A stretch of DNA of 64,000 bases. Source: a bacterium SCSIO 12741. GTDB lineage: Bacteria; Bacteroidota; Bacteroidia; Flavobacteriales_G; Salibacteraceae. The notes below the pieces were generated by a model. The model made no database searches. It was not told the DNA's origin and was given only the letters and a program-made list of their open reading frames with translations. This document shows positions 22,514-30,984 of this stretch, piece after piece (positions within the stretch are counted from its first letter, which is position 1; every line of letters begins with the position of its first letter). The stretch covers positions 1,238,594-1,302,593 of the forward strand of contig CP073749.1 of NCBI GenBank assembly GCA_024398055.1. The letters run 5' to 3'. Made by a program: the position numbers and the translations under genes.

Positions 22514-22924
22514 ATGAAAACACTGAAGCTTCTGATCATTCTGTGCCTGTCAATTTTAACACTTAAAGGCCATGCGCAAACACCGGTAAAAAAATTGACG
22601 ATTTCTTATTCGAACCTATCTACTTCGGATGGAAAAATCATGGTTTTGATTCAAAATGAGTCGGAAAAGGATGTTTCCAAAATGGTTTTACCCGTGTACA
22701 ACAACGAAGCCTCCGTAACCCTTTTCTTAAAACCCGGAAAATATGGAGTCACTGCTTACCATGATGTTAATGGCAATGAAGAGCTGGACACCAATTTCTT
22801 GGGAGTTCCTACCGAACCCTATGGCTTCTCCAATGATGCCCGCGGAACTTTAGGCAAACCCGACTACCAGGATGTTTTATTTGACCTTTCCGAAGACCAG
22901 ACTATTACCTTTGAATTAAAGTAA
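22514..22924 (+). CDS. DUF2141-family secreted protein
   Basis: Signal peptide; motifs YHDVNGNEELDTNFLGVPTEPYGFSNDA and GKPDYQDVLF typical of DUF2141. Confidence 0.6.
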   Translation: MKTLKLLIILCLSILTLKGHAQTPVKKLTISYSNLSTSDGKIMVLIQNESEKDVSKMVLPVYNNEASVTLFLKPGKYGVTAYHDVNGNEELDTNFLGVPTEPYGFSNDARGTLGKPDYQDVLFDLSEDQTITFELK

Positions 22925-22935
22925 TTCTTTCCTAC

Positions 22936-24120
22936 ATGATTTCCATTGAAGAAGCCTATCAGCGGGTGATCAACAACACCGAACTGGCATCTGAAGAATT
23001 GATTTCGGTTTCCGAATCGCTCCATCGACGGTTGACCCGAACTTTGGAGGCTCCCATACACCTACCCCTTTTCGACAACTCAGCGGTGGACGGCTATGCC
23101 CTCGGTCCGAATGTAAATCCTGCTGGAGCTACCTTTGAAATAGCGTATGAAGTACCTGCAGGTGACACTCAAAAAAGAACCTTAAATCCGGGTGAAGTGG
23201 CTCGAATCTTCACCGGAGCTCCAATACCCGAAAACACCGCATCGGTGGTCATGCAAGAGTTTACCCAAAATGATGGAAATACGGTAAGCTTTGCGGAAAA
23301 CACTCCCTTTAAAGAAGGTAACCACATCAGGCGAAAGGGAAAAGAAGTAGAAATGGGCAAAGAGCTTTTTGACCGGGGATGGCACATTAATCCAGCCACC
23401 ATTGGATTTCTATCTTCTCTCGGCATTGATCAGGTTCCCTGCTACACCGAACCTCAGATAACCATACTTTCTACCGGAAACGAACTGGTGGAGCCCGGAA
23501 AGGAGGTTAAACATGGAGAGATCTACGAATCCAATTGCCGTATGCTCATTGGTGCCTTGAATCAACTTGGAATTAGGCGAATCGAGGCACAAAAATTAGG
23601 CGATGACCTCGAACAAACGCTAAAGACCTTGAAGGCTGCCCTCAATCAATCAGACTATGTGATCATCTCCGGAGGAATATCCGTTGGGAAATACGATTTC
23701 GTAAAAACAGCCAATGAGCAATTAGGCGTAGAATCTTTATTTTACAAAGTGCGTCAAAAGCCGGGCAAGCCTCTATTTTTTGGAAAGAAAGAAAGCTGTC
23801 TGGTATTTGCCTTACCTGGAAATCCGGCAGCAGCTCTTACCTGTTTTTACCGCTACCTCAAACCTTCACTGGAAAAACACGGAGGCTCTAAAAACTTCGA
23901 CCCATCTTTTCTAAAACTTCCACTGCAACAAGATTTTTTCAAAAAAGGAGACCGCGCCGTAATGCTCAAAGCATCTATTCAAAATGGTTCCGTTAGCCTA
24001 TTGGATGGGCAAAGTTCGGCCATGCTCTACTCCTTCGCAGAGGCCAATGCACTGGTGCAACTTCCGACTGAAGAAAAGCAATACCATACAGGAGATGAGG
24101 TTTTGGTGATTCCCTTGTAG
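22936..24120 (+). CDS. moeA: molybdopterin molybdenumtransferase
   Basis: LFDNSAVDGYAL, ILSTGNELVEPG, GGISVGKYDFVK, LPGNPAAAL. Confidence 0.85.
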   Translation: MISIEEAYQRVINNTELASEELISVSESLHRRLTRTLEAPIHLPLFDNSAVDGYALGPNVNPAGATFEIAYEVPAGDTQKRTLNPGEVARIFTGAPIPENTASVVMQEFTQNDGNTVSFAENTPFKEGNHIRRKGKEVEMGKELFDRGWHINPATIGFLSSLGIDQVPCYTEPQITILSTGNELVEPGKEVKHGEIYESNCRMLIGALNQLGIRRIEAQKLGDDLEQTLKTLKAALNQSDYVIISGGISVGKYDFVKTANEQLGVESLFYKVRQKPGKPLFFGKKESCLVFALPGNPAAALTCFYRYLKPSLEKHGGSKNFDPSFLKLPLQQDFFKKGDRAVMLKASIQNGSVSLLDGQSSAMLYSFAEANALVQLPTEEKQYHTGDEVLVIPL

Positions 24121-24147
24121 TTTTTCCGGATTTCGTTCGTTAAATTT

Positions 24148-24738
24148 GTGGGTATGAGCCACAACGAGTGGAACACCGGAATCATTCTTGCTGGGGGAAA
24201 AAGCTCAAGAATGGGAAAGGACAAAGCTTCGTTAACCCACGGAGGTCAATCCCTTCTCGAAAGACAACTGAACCTAGCCAAGCCTTTTTGCGAAGAGGTG
24301 TATGTATCTAGTAGCCATACTCGACATGAACTCAGCGGTACCTCAAGAATTCCTGATCAAGATCAAAACGAAGGTCCGTTAATGGGGCTCTACTCTTGTC
24401 TGCTTCATTCGCAAACGGATTGGAACCTGGTTATGACCTGTGACATGCCAGCCATTACCGGTACCGATATAGAGCTCTTATTAGAGAATAGACCTTGTGG
24501 AAAATCGATTATTTGCTACGCCAATGAAGATCGACTTTTTCCTTTCCCAGGTTGGTATCACCGTTCCCTTCTTCCGCATCTAAAAACCCTGCTTGATACA
24601 GGTCAGCGGCGAATGATTTCATTCGTGGAAAAGAACGATCCTGAAAAAATAACACCCAACACAGAAACCCTAAGCCACCTGATAAACCTCAACACGCCGG
24701 AAGCCTTTAGCGACTGGCAGGAAAACCTGGTGCAATGA
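24148..24738 (+). CDS. mobA: molybdenum cofactor guanylyltransferase
   Basis: GIILAGGKSSRMGKDKA, MTCDMP. Confidence 0.8.
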   Translation: MGMSHNEWNTGIILAGGKSSRMGKDKASLTHGGQSLLERQLNLAKPFCEEVYVSSSHTRHELSGTSRIPDQDQNEGPLMGLYSCLLHSQTDWNLVMTCDMPAITGTDIELLLENRPCGKSIICYANEDRLFPFPGWYHRSLLPHLKTLLDTGQRRMISFVEKNDPEKITPNTETLSHLINLNTPEAFSDWQENLVQ

Positions 24739-24971
24739 CCCTGACCATAAAGTACTACGGCCCCTTTGTGGACCTCATGAAAAAGAAGGAAGAAATCCGC
24801 CCTCTTCCGGCAGCGACCACCGTTCAAGGAATTCGAGATGCCCTGATTTCGTTTTACCCTCAGCTGGGTGAAACCGCCTTTCAAATAGCCGTAAACCATG
24901 AGTTCGTATCCGAAGATTGGGTAGTAGATCAGGATGCGGAAATCGCCCTATTTCCTCCCACACAGAGTTAG
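24735..24971 (+). CDS. MoaD/ThiS-family small protein; lacks the C-terminal Gly-Gly
   Basis: 78 aa with a beta-grasp-like pattern (IAVNHEFV...DEIALFPP). Ends ...FPPTQS rather than ...GG. Start overlaps the mobA stop. Confidence 0.55.
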   Translation: MTLTIKYYGPFVDLMKKKEEIRPLPAATTVQGIRDALISFYPQLGETAFQIAVNHEFVSEDWVVDQDAEIALFPPTQS

Positions 24972-24972
24972 C

Positions 24973-25962
24973 ATGAAAGCTATAATCCAATCCGCTTATG
25001 GCGAACCTGAAAAGGTTCTCAGTCTACAAGATGTCCCCACTCCAGAACCCAAGGAAGGAGAAGTTTTGATCCGAGTTCATGCCTCAGCCATCAACGATTA
25101 TGATTGGAGCATGTCGAGAGGAAAACCCCATCTCTACCGGCTTCTATTTGGACTCACAAAGCCTAAAAATCCTATCCCTGGAATGGAGGTTGCAGGAACG
25201 GTAGAAAAACTGGGCCCGGGCACCACCCAATTTAAGCCAGGCGATGAGGTGTATGGAGACACGTCTGATCATGGATTTGGCACCCTGGCCGAATATATTT
25301 GCTTATCGGAAAAATCGCTGATAATCAAACCTTCAGCGATGTCTTTTGAGGAAGCCACTACCCTACCTCATGCCGGTCTGCTCGCCTACCAAGGATTATT
25401 TGAAATTGGGAATCTGCAAAAAGGACAAAAACTTTTGATCAATGGAGGCGGCGGCGGAGTTGGCACCCTTGGATTGCAACTGGCCAAAGCCTTAAATGTG
25501 GAAGTGACCGGCGTGGATACTGGGGGCAAATTAGAGATGATGAAATCACTCGGGTTCGATAACGTGATCGACTACAAAAAAGAAGATTTTACCCGAAGTG
25601 GAAAACAATACGACCTTATTCTGGACTGCAAAACCAGTAGACCTCCGCGCTCCTATTTGAGGAGCCTGAGCTCCAATGGGCATTATGTAACCGTAGGAGG
25701 CCATCTTAATCGACTGATGCAATTTGCCATTGCCTCACCACTCGTAAATCGCACATCATCCAAAAAGCTGAGTATCCTCTCCCTAAAACCCAATAAGGGC
25801 CTATATGAAATAAATCGATTGTTTGAAGACGGTAAAATCAAACCGATCGTTGACGGGCCTTACCCCCTGGAAAAGACTCCTTGGGCCATTCAATACTTTG
25901 GAGAAGGGCTCCACTCCGGCAAGATTGTAATTTCAGTTTTAGACTCAAGATCAAAGGGGTAA
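24973..25962 (+). CDS. zinc-type alcohol dehydrogenase / quinone oxidoreductase (MDR superfamily)
   Basis: MKAIIQSAYGEPEKVLSLQDVPTPEPKEGEVLIRVHASAINDYD; GGGGGVG nucleotide-binding glycine motif. Start taken at the second in-frame Met. Confidence 0.8.
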   Translation: MKAIIQSAYGEPEKVLSLQDVPTPEPKEGEVLIRVHASAINDYDWSMSRGKPHLYRLLFGLTKPKNPIPGMEVAGTVEKLGPGTTQFKPGDEVYGDTSDHGFGTLAEYICLSEKSLIIKPSAMSFEEATTLPHAGLLAYQGLFEIGNLQKGQKLLINGGGGGVGTLGLQLAKALNVEVTGVDTGGKLEMMKSLGFDNVIDYKKEDFTRSGKQYDLILDCKTSRPPRSYLRSLSSNGHYVTVGGHLNRLMQFAIASPLVNRTSSKKLSILSLKPNKGLYEINRLFEDGKIKPIVDGPYPLEKTPWAIQYFGEGLHSGKIVISVLDSRSKG

Positions 25963-26067
25963 AGTCAATTTTTCTATTTTCGTTGTCAGTAAACCAATGG
26001 ATCAACATGATTCTACACCAAACCAATAGAATTAGAATCCAATCATTTATCTACAAAACCAAACAAG

Positions 26068-26907
26068 ATGAACATCAAGCTAACATTTTCATGTGTGTTT
26101 TTTTTAGCACTTTTCAGCATTAATTCCTACTCCCAAATCCAATTGGTGAGTAATGGCGATTTTGAAAACAACACTTTTACCGGAAACCTTAAACTCTGTA
26201 CCAATTCAGGTCTTTCAGACTGGACAGTAACCAGCCATGAAATTGATGGAATAAATGATTCCTGGTCGGCCAACAACAATTGGCCTGACGGCACGGGATG
26301 GTATGTCGATCTGGTAGGCTCCTGCTCTGGCAACTCAAGCCTCGGAGTGCTCAAAAGCAATTCCTTTGACCTTAAGGCCCACCACAGCATCAAACTAAGT
26401 TTTCAATATGGATCGGAACTAGCCCAGGTAGACGCTAAGGTTTCTATAAAAACGGCCGCAGGCAACACGCTTAGAAGCTGGACGGTTCAATCACCAAGCA
26501 TCAACACCTGGTTCACCTTTGAAGACAGCCTGATTGTTTCGGAAAGCGAACCCGGTTGCTACCTTGAATTTGAAGGAACCATGCCCTCTTTTCAAACCGG
26601 AGGTGTGGCCATCGACAACGTCTCTCTGTTATCTGAAAGCTTGGAAACATCGGTTACTGAATATGAATTTGGTCAAAAAATTCGCTTATTCCCCAACCCC
26701 TCACAGGCTAAATTTACCATCGATCTTGGAGAAACAACATCCAACGTTCACCTAATCATTACTGACATAGCAGGCAAGCAAGTAAGCGAAGCAAGGTTTA
26801 AATCCGTTGAACAAATCCATGGAAGCGTTATGGAACCTGCTGGAATATATTTCATTACGATCAAGACGGATAACAATATCGCCACCATGAGATTTATAAA
26901 ACGGTAA
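26068..26907 (+). CDS. secreted protein with T9SS C-terminal sorting domain
   Basis: Signal peptide; C-terminal LFPNPSQAKFTIDL...AGIYFITIKTDNNIATMRFIKR. Confidence 0.7.
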   Translation: MNIKLTFSCVFFLALFSINSYSQIQLVSNGDFENNTFTGNLKLCTNSGLSDWTVTSHEIDGINDSWSANNNWPDGTGWYVDLVGSCSGNSSLGVLKSNSFDLKAHHSIKLSFQYGSELAQVDAKVSIKTAAGNTLRSWTVQSPSINTWFTFEDSLIVSESEPGCYLEFEGTMPSFQTGGVAIDNVSLLSESLETSVTEYEFGQKIRLFPNPSQAKFTIDLGETTSNVHLIITDIAGKQVSEARFKSVEQIHGSVMEPAGIYFITIKTDNNIATMRFIKR

Positions 26908-27056
26908 AAGCTTTATAAAAAGTAAGCGGTAAAAATTGTGGGATCAAGAGAAGAGATGTAGCCGCAAAGACTAAGAATGAGTGTGAGCACGAAAACGAAG
27001 AAAATCAGATTCAAGTACTCCTCGCTTCTCGCTTCTCGCACTCGAACCTGATTTAG

Positions 27057-27128
27057 TAGCCTCATCAGGAATCGAACCTGAATCTTGGGCTCCGGAAACC
27101 CACATACTATCCATTGTACTATGAGGCC
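27057..27128 (-). tRNA. tRNA-Arg (anticodon CCG)
   Basis: Minus-strand cloverleaf GGCCTCA-TA-GTAC-AATGGATA-GTAT-G-TGGGT-TTCCGGA-GCCCA-AGAT-TCAGG-TTCGATT-CCTGA-TGAGGCT-A. G1:U72 wobble at the top of the acceptor stem; CCA not encoded. Confidence 0.65.
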
Positions 27129-27164
27129 GGAAAAGATTTTGCAAGTTTAGTGCAATTTTTTGTT

Positions 27165-28898
27165 CTATTCTATAGGAAATTCGAGGTTTAGTCTTTCCGC
27201 CCAGTCCAATTTCTTAGGCAGTTCGCGGGAATTAAACTCCAGATGAATAACCCTTCTTCTCTTCTCGGTTTTGGATTCAGCGGAAGCATGTAGCAGCAGA
27301 GGCTTCATCAACATAACCCCTCCAGCCGGAACTTCGGCAGTATAGGGATTGGACAAGGTAGTGATCAATCGAATTTCCTCGTCGGTCAGTCTTTTTTGGT
27401 GAGATCCGGGAACCACTTTCAAGGCTCCATTTTTATCGTCTGTATCATCCAGGTGAATTCGGATAGTAAATCCACGTTGGTTAATTTCTAAAGGTGGGCA
27501 AACGCTAATCACACCGGATTTTTCGGTCCAGGAAGTAAAGTCTTTTACCTCTTTTTTCTTGTTGACGTTAATGGGAACATCCTGATGCCAGGTAACATAC
27601 CAATTGGCTTTTGGTGGTTTGTCAAAATAGATCGCCTTGGTTAAAAAGGCCTTGGGATCAATGGTACGAATAACGCGTAGCATATTTTGATTAAGAAGAG
27701 CAGAGGACAGATCAGGAACCTCCTGCAACAACCTTCTACAAGCGAATGTTTTTCCGTTCGGATCAATCACGGGATCCAATAGCGCCAATATTTTCCGAAT
27801 TTCCCGACTGGTGTACAATTGATTCAGCTTGGCATAACCCTGCTTTTTCAATTTTTTTCTGGCCTTCACCAAGCCCTTCTCCGAAAGTTCGGTATCGTAC
27901 ATATCCACCGCTCCTTTCAACCGATATCGAATGCTTTGCTTCAAACTATCAGGTGCGATTACTTTCATTCCGTCACCAAAGGCCAAAATCTCTTTTTCCA
28001 ACTCAAAGTTGTGCTGCACCTTCATGGAAATTACCGCTCCGTTCGAATCCCGACTAACCATTTTTTGGGAGGGATGCAAAGGCTTTGTTAATACGTAAGG
28101 GGCGTGTTTCGGCGAAACCAGTAGGGTCACTTTCACCGGATCTTTACCGGCAGCAACCGTTACTCCAATTGCATGTTTAAAATAACTGAGCGCATCAAAG
28201 CCCGGGTAATCGCGGTACCTTTTTTCGGAATGCTCAATTTTTACGATCCGGTCAATGGCCAGGATCATGATGTCCTCCTGCTTCTTTTTCCGTCCCATCA
28301 AAAACCATCGGTTGCGGTACTCTTTGAGCAAAAAGGGATGAAAGTCAAAAGAATTAGCCTGCCTGGCCTTGAAGGATTGGTAGGTTATCCGCAAGGCTTT
28401 CTTGTTTATAATGGATTGGTAAAGAAAGTCGAGATGCTCAAGTCCTTTTAGATCTTCATTCTTTTCAAAATCGATCACCGGTCGGGTATTCGTCTTTTGG
28501 GAATAAATATGATCCTCCAGCTTTTGGACCATCCCGTCCAATTCTCTGAAATGCGAGAAGCCCTGAAATTGCTTCATGAACTCCACCGCTTCACTCAGGT
28601 GACTTAAATCCTGATCGGTAAGCGGAATATTGGTGATACTGTAATTGGGATCTTCGTAGGTATAATACTTCCGATCCACCACTATAATGGGAGCATTGTA
28701 ACCCAGCTTGTCGCTCCTCATCATCTGGATATCAGCCTGAACGGATCTTTTACTCACCCCTTTATCGATACCCTCGTAATCGTATAAGGCTTCTGAACAA
28801 GCCTCAATAAGATCATCAAGAGTCCATTTTCGGTAGCGGTTTTGTAGGCACTTATCAAGGGTTTTGTATCGGATCAGTGCATTTCTATTGACGGGCAT
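27165..28898 (-). CDS. fusion protein: N-terminal HTH + WYL-domain regulator module joined to a C-terminal PhyH-like Fe(II)/2-oxoglutarate dioxygenase domain
   Basis: N-terminus MPVNRNALIRYKTLDKCL...SKRSVQADIQMMR (wHTH typical of WYL proteins). WYL core ITYQSFKARQANSFDFHPFLLKEYRNRWFLMG. C-terminal ~200 aa carry WHQD (HxD) and ...NGALKVVPGSH, then LLLHASAES (distal His), as in the phytanoyl-CoA dioxygenase family. Confidence 0.75.
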   Translation of the reverse strand: MPVNRNALIRYKTLDKCLQNRYRKWTLDDLIEACSEALYDYEGIDKGVSKRSVQADIQMMRSDKLGYNAPIIVVDRKYYTYEDPNYSITNIPLTDQDLSHLSEAVEFMKQFQGFSHFRELDGMVQKLEDHIYSQKTNTRPVIDFEKNEDLKGLEHLDFLYQSIINKKALRITYQSFKARQANSFDFHPFLLKEYRNRWFLMGRKKKQEDIMILAIDRIVKIEHSEKRYRDYPGFDALSYFKHAIGVTVAAGKDPVKVTLLVSPKHAPYVLTKPLHPSQKMVSRDSNGAVISMKVQHNFELEKEILAFGDGMKVIAPDSLKQSIRYRLKGAVDMYDTELSEKGLVKARKKLKKQGYAKLNQLYTSREIRKILALLDPVIDPNGKTFACRRLLQEVPDLSSALLNQNMLRVIRTIDPKAFLTKAIYFDKPPKANWYVTWHQDVPINVNKKKEVKDFTSWTEKSGVISVCPPLEINQRGFTIRIHLDDTDDKNGALKVVPGSHQKRLTDEEIRLITTLSNPYTAEVPAGGVMLMKPLLLHASAESKTEKRRRVIHLEFNSRELPKKLDWAERLNLEFPIE

Positions 28899-29104
28899 TT
28901 CTGGGAATTTTCGAGAAAATTAAAAAAAAGATTTTGCCACGCAAAAAGATTGCGCAATAGCCCTATACGTTTGCTTCGTGAAATTGAAAAACAACCAACA
29001 CATGGGAGGATAAATCCCAACCAATAAGAATCAGATTTCAGCTTGAGGAAGCCGACCATAACCATCCAAATCAACCTCCTCAGGTGCAACCAAAATCTGA
29101 TTTT

Positions 29105-29176
29105 GGAGCGGTAGCTTAGTTAGTCAAGCGCCCGGTTGAAGCCCGGGAGTCAGGGGTGCAATTCCTCTCCGCTCCA
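29105..29176 (+). tRNA. tRNA-Phe (anticodon GAA), with atypical D- and T-loops
   Basis: GGAGCGG-TA-GCTT-AGTTAGTC-AAGC-G-CCCGG-TTGAAGC-CCGGG-AGTC-AGGGG-TGCAATT-CCTCT-CCGCTCC-A. Position 18 is A and position 55 is G, where G18/U55 are expected. Confidence 0.6.
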
Positions 29177-29505
29177 CAACTGACCATTCTAACCATTCTT
29201 CGGAATGTAAAGCAATGGCCACGGAATTCTTATCTGCTGAATATCGAAGGGACGCCCAAGATGTAACGGATAAGGAATTCCAACATTCGGAGAAAGATCG
29301 GTGGAAGCACTACTGGCGCTGGTGGTTGGTAGTTTGCATCAGGAAGTGGTTAAAGTCCACGGCTCTTACACCAAGCGGGAGCCACAGTTTGGAAAAGTCC
29401 TGATGACTGCTGAAACCAATCTTATCTGAATTTGAGAGTCGAGATTCCAGACTCGAGCTCCGATTGCTGTCGGACGAGAGTCGAGGACAGGCTTTCTCTT
29501 GATCT

Positions 29506-29577
29506 GGTCCTTTGGGGTAATGGCTATCCTTCCTGACTGTCTATCAGGCGATACGGGTTCAATTCCCGTAAGGACCG
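29506..29577 (+). tRNA. tRNA-Asp (anticodon GTC)
   Basis: Acceptor GGTCCTT/AAGGACC, anticodon arm CCTGA-CTGTCTA-TCAGG, T-arm ACGGG-TTCAATT-CCCGT, discriminator G. Confidence 0.6.
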
Positions 29578-29597
29578 CAATTTCAGGGACGAGTTTG

Positions 29598-29640
29598 AGA
29601 GGCGAGGACGATCTTTTTTTCGAACTCGCCTCTCGTTCGT
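29598..29640 (+). terminator. hairpin terminator after tRNA-Asp
   Basis: Inverted repeat gagaggcgag...ctcgcctctc, then gttcgtttta; lies between tRNA-Asp and the convergent KA-rich gene. Confidence 0.45.
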
Positions 29641-29641
29641 T

Positions 29642-30328
29642 TTAGGCTGCTTTCCTTGGGGTGTTTTTTTTCTTTCTGGCCACCACCTTCATCTTCTTTT
29701 TGGAAGGAGTTTGGTTCTTGACTGGCTTTTTCTTGCTTGATGCCACCTTTTTGGCCTTTGTGGATTTACTGCTCTTGATTTTCTTCCTGGAAGTAGGCTT
29801 TTGCTTTTTGGCTTCCGACTTTTTCTTGGATAGCGTTTTCTTCTTAGCCTCTGCCTTCTTTTTGGCGACCGATTTTTTCTTCTTGAGTTCAGCCTTCTTC
29901 TTTTTTGCTTCGGCTTTTTTCTTTTTCAATTTGGCTTTCTTCTTCGCTTCTGCCTCTTTCCTGGCCAGCGCTTTTTTCGCTTTTAACTCGGCCTTTCTTT
30001 TCGCCTCTGCTTTTTTCTTCGTCAAAGCCTTTTTCCTCTTTAGCTCAGCTTTCTTTTTCGCTAAGGCCTTCGCTTTTTTCAACTCTGCTTTTCTTTTTGC
30101 TTCTGCCTTCTTCTTGGCAAGTGCCTTTTTCTTTTTCAACTCGGCCTTCTTTTTGGCTTCTGCTTTCTTTTTAGCCAAGGCCTTTTTCTTTTTGAGCTCC
30201 GCTTTCTTCTCTTCCTTCTTCTTGGCCAAGGCTTTTTTCTTCTTCAACAGAGCCTTCTTTTTCAATTCCTCTTTTTTAGCTTCTTCCTTTTTCTTCTTTG
30301 AATTTGTCTTCTTTTTAGAACTACTCAT
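29642..30328 (-). CDS. lysine/alanine-repeat basic protein, histone H1-like (putative nucleoid-associated DNA-binding protein)
   Basis: 228 aa, almost entirely K/A/E/L in degenerate ~13-aa AKKKAELKKKKAL repeats. The Phe/Ser/Leu-rich ORFs on the opposite strand are artefacts of the low-complexity DNA. Confidence 0.55.
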   Translation of the reverse strand: MSSSKKKTNSKKKKEEAKKEELKKKALLKKKKALAKKKEEKKAELKKKKALAKKKAEAKKKAELKKKKALAKKKAEAKRKAELKKAKALAKKKAELKRKKALTKKKAEAKRKAELKAKKALARKEAEAKKKAKLKKKKAEAKKKKAELKKKKSVAKKKAEAKKKTLSKKKSEAKKQKPTSRKKIKSSKSTKAKKVASSKKKPVKNQTPSKKKMKVVARKKKNTPRKAA

Positions 30329-30906
30329 GGTATTTGATTTTAGAACCGCAAATTCACTTGATCAAGGTGAAGCGGAAGGATTCATATTAATTTGACTAAT
30401 GCCAATTTTCTGACACGCCAACAAAGTTAATTTAGCATTTACGCAATGTTAATGCACTGTTAAGCAAAACAATTAAACATGAGGTGTTAAAAACCTTACA
30501 AAACCATATAAACCAGCAATTTAAATCAAACACACATAAAACTAAAGCCACTTCAATAATTATAAATAATGACTACAAAAACCGATAATACGTATCATGT
30601 CTGCGTTTACATTTATGGAGCCTAAAGATTGATTCGCGGCAATCAGCATGGCCGCTTTTCACTGATTATCAGCAACTCTCAAACTATTTTTCAAAAAAAA
30701 TATCGATACGCAATTAGGCTGCGTATTGCCATTTCACCTTTGTCTCATCAAATTAAAAAACGTTCTTTTAAAATATTGTGCTGAGGCACGGAAGACAGTA
30801 AATCATTCTCTCTTGGAAAACCTGACCAGGGTTTCTGTATAGCCCGGGGGTGTAATTAGGACTACCTATTTATATGCCGTTTCCAGGTTAGGATATTTAC
30901 TACCAC

Positions 30907-30984
30907 TCTGTAGGTCAAGGGTTCGAATCCCTTATTCCGGATAACCGGAATTAGTTCAGTTAGGTTAGAACAACAGACTCAGGG
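30907..30984 (+). ncRNA. tRNA-like gene in permuted order: canonical 3' half (30907-30941), TAA linker, canonical 5' half (30945-30984)
   Basis: 3' half: TCTGT-AGGTC-AAGGG-TTCGAAT-CCCTT-ATTCCGG-A. 5' half: CCGGAAT-TA-GTTC-AGTTAGGTTA-GAAC-A-ACAGA-CTCAGGG. All four stems pair perfectly between the halves (acceptor 7/7, D 4/4, anticodon 5/5, T 5/5), but the 3' half lies upstream of the 5' half. Confidence 0.5.

Noticed and set aside
29181-29505. Possible RNase P RNA (GGTTAAAGTCCACGGCTC resembles the P4 5' strand GGAAAGUCCGGGCUC)
   Set aside because: No complementary P4 3' strand (CCGUGGACUU-like) or other conserved RNase P regions occur downstream, and the spacer is shorter than a type-A RNase P RNA.
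29661-30395. 244-aa Phe/Ser/Leu-rich ORF (and an 89-aa ORF) on the plus strand, opposite the KA-repeat gene
   Set aside because: These are antisense reading frames of AAG/GCT-rich low-complexity DNA. They have no start context and an implausible composition, so the minus-strand K/A-rich ORF is the real one.
30590-30945. Possible tmRNA ending in the T-arm/acceptor at 30917-30941
   Set aside because: There is no GGGG 5' acceptor partner, no tag-peptide reading frame ending in ...ALAA, and no encoded CCA. The adjacent perfect 5' half explains the 3' piece better.
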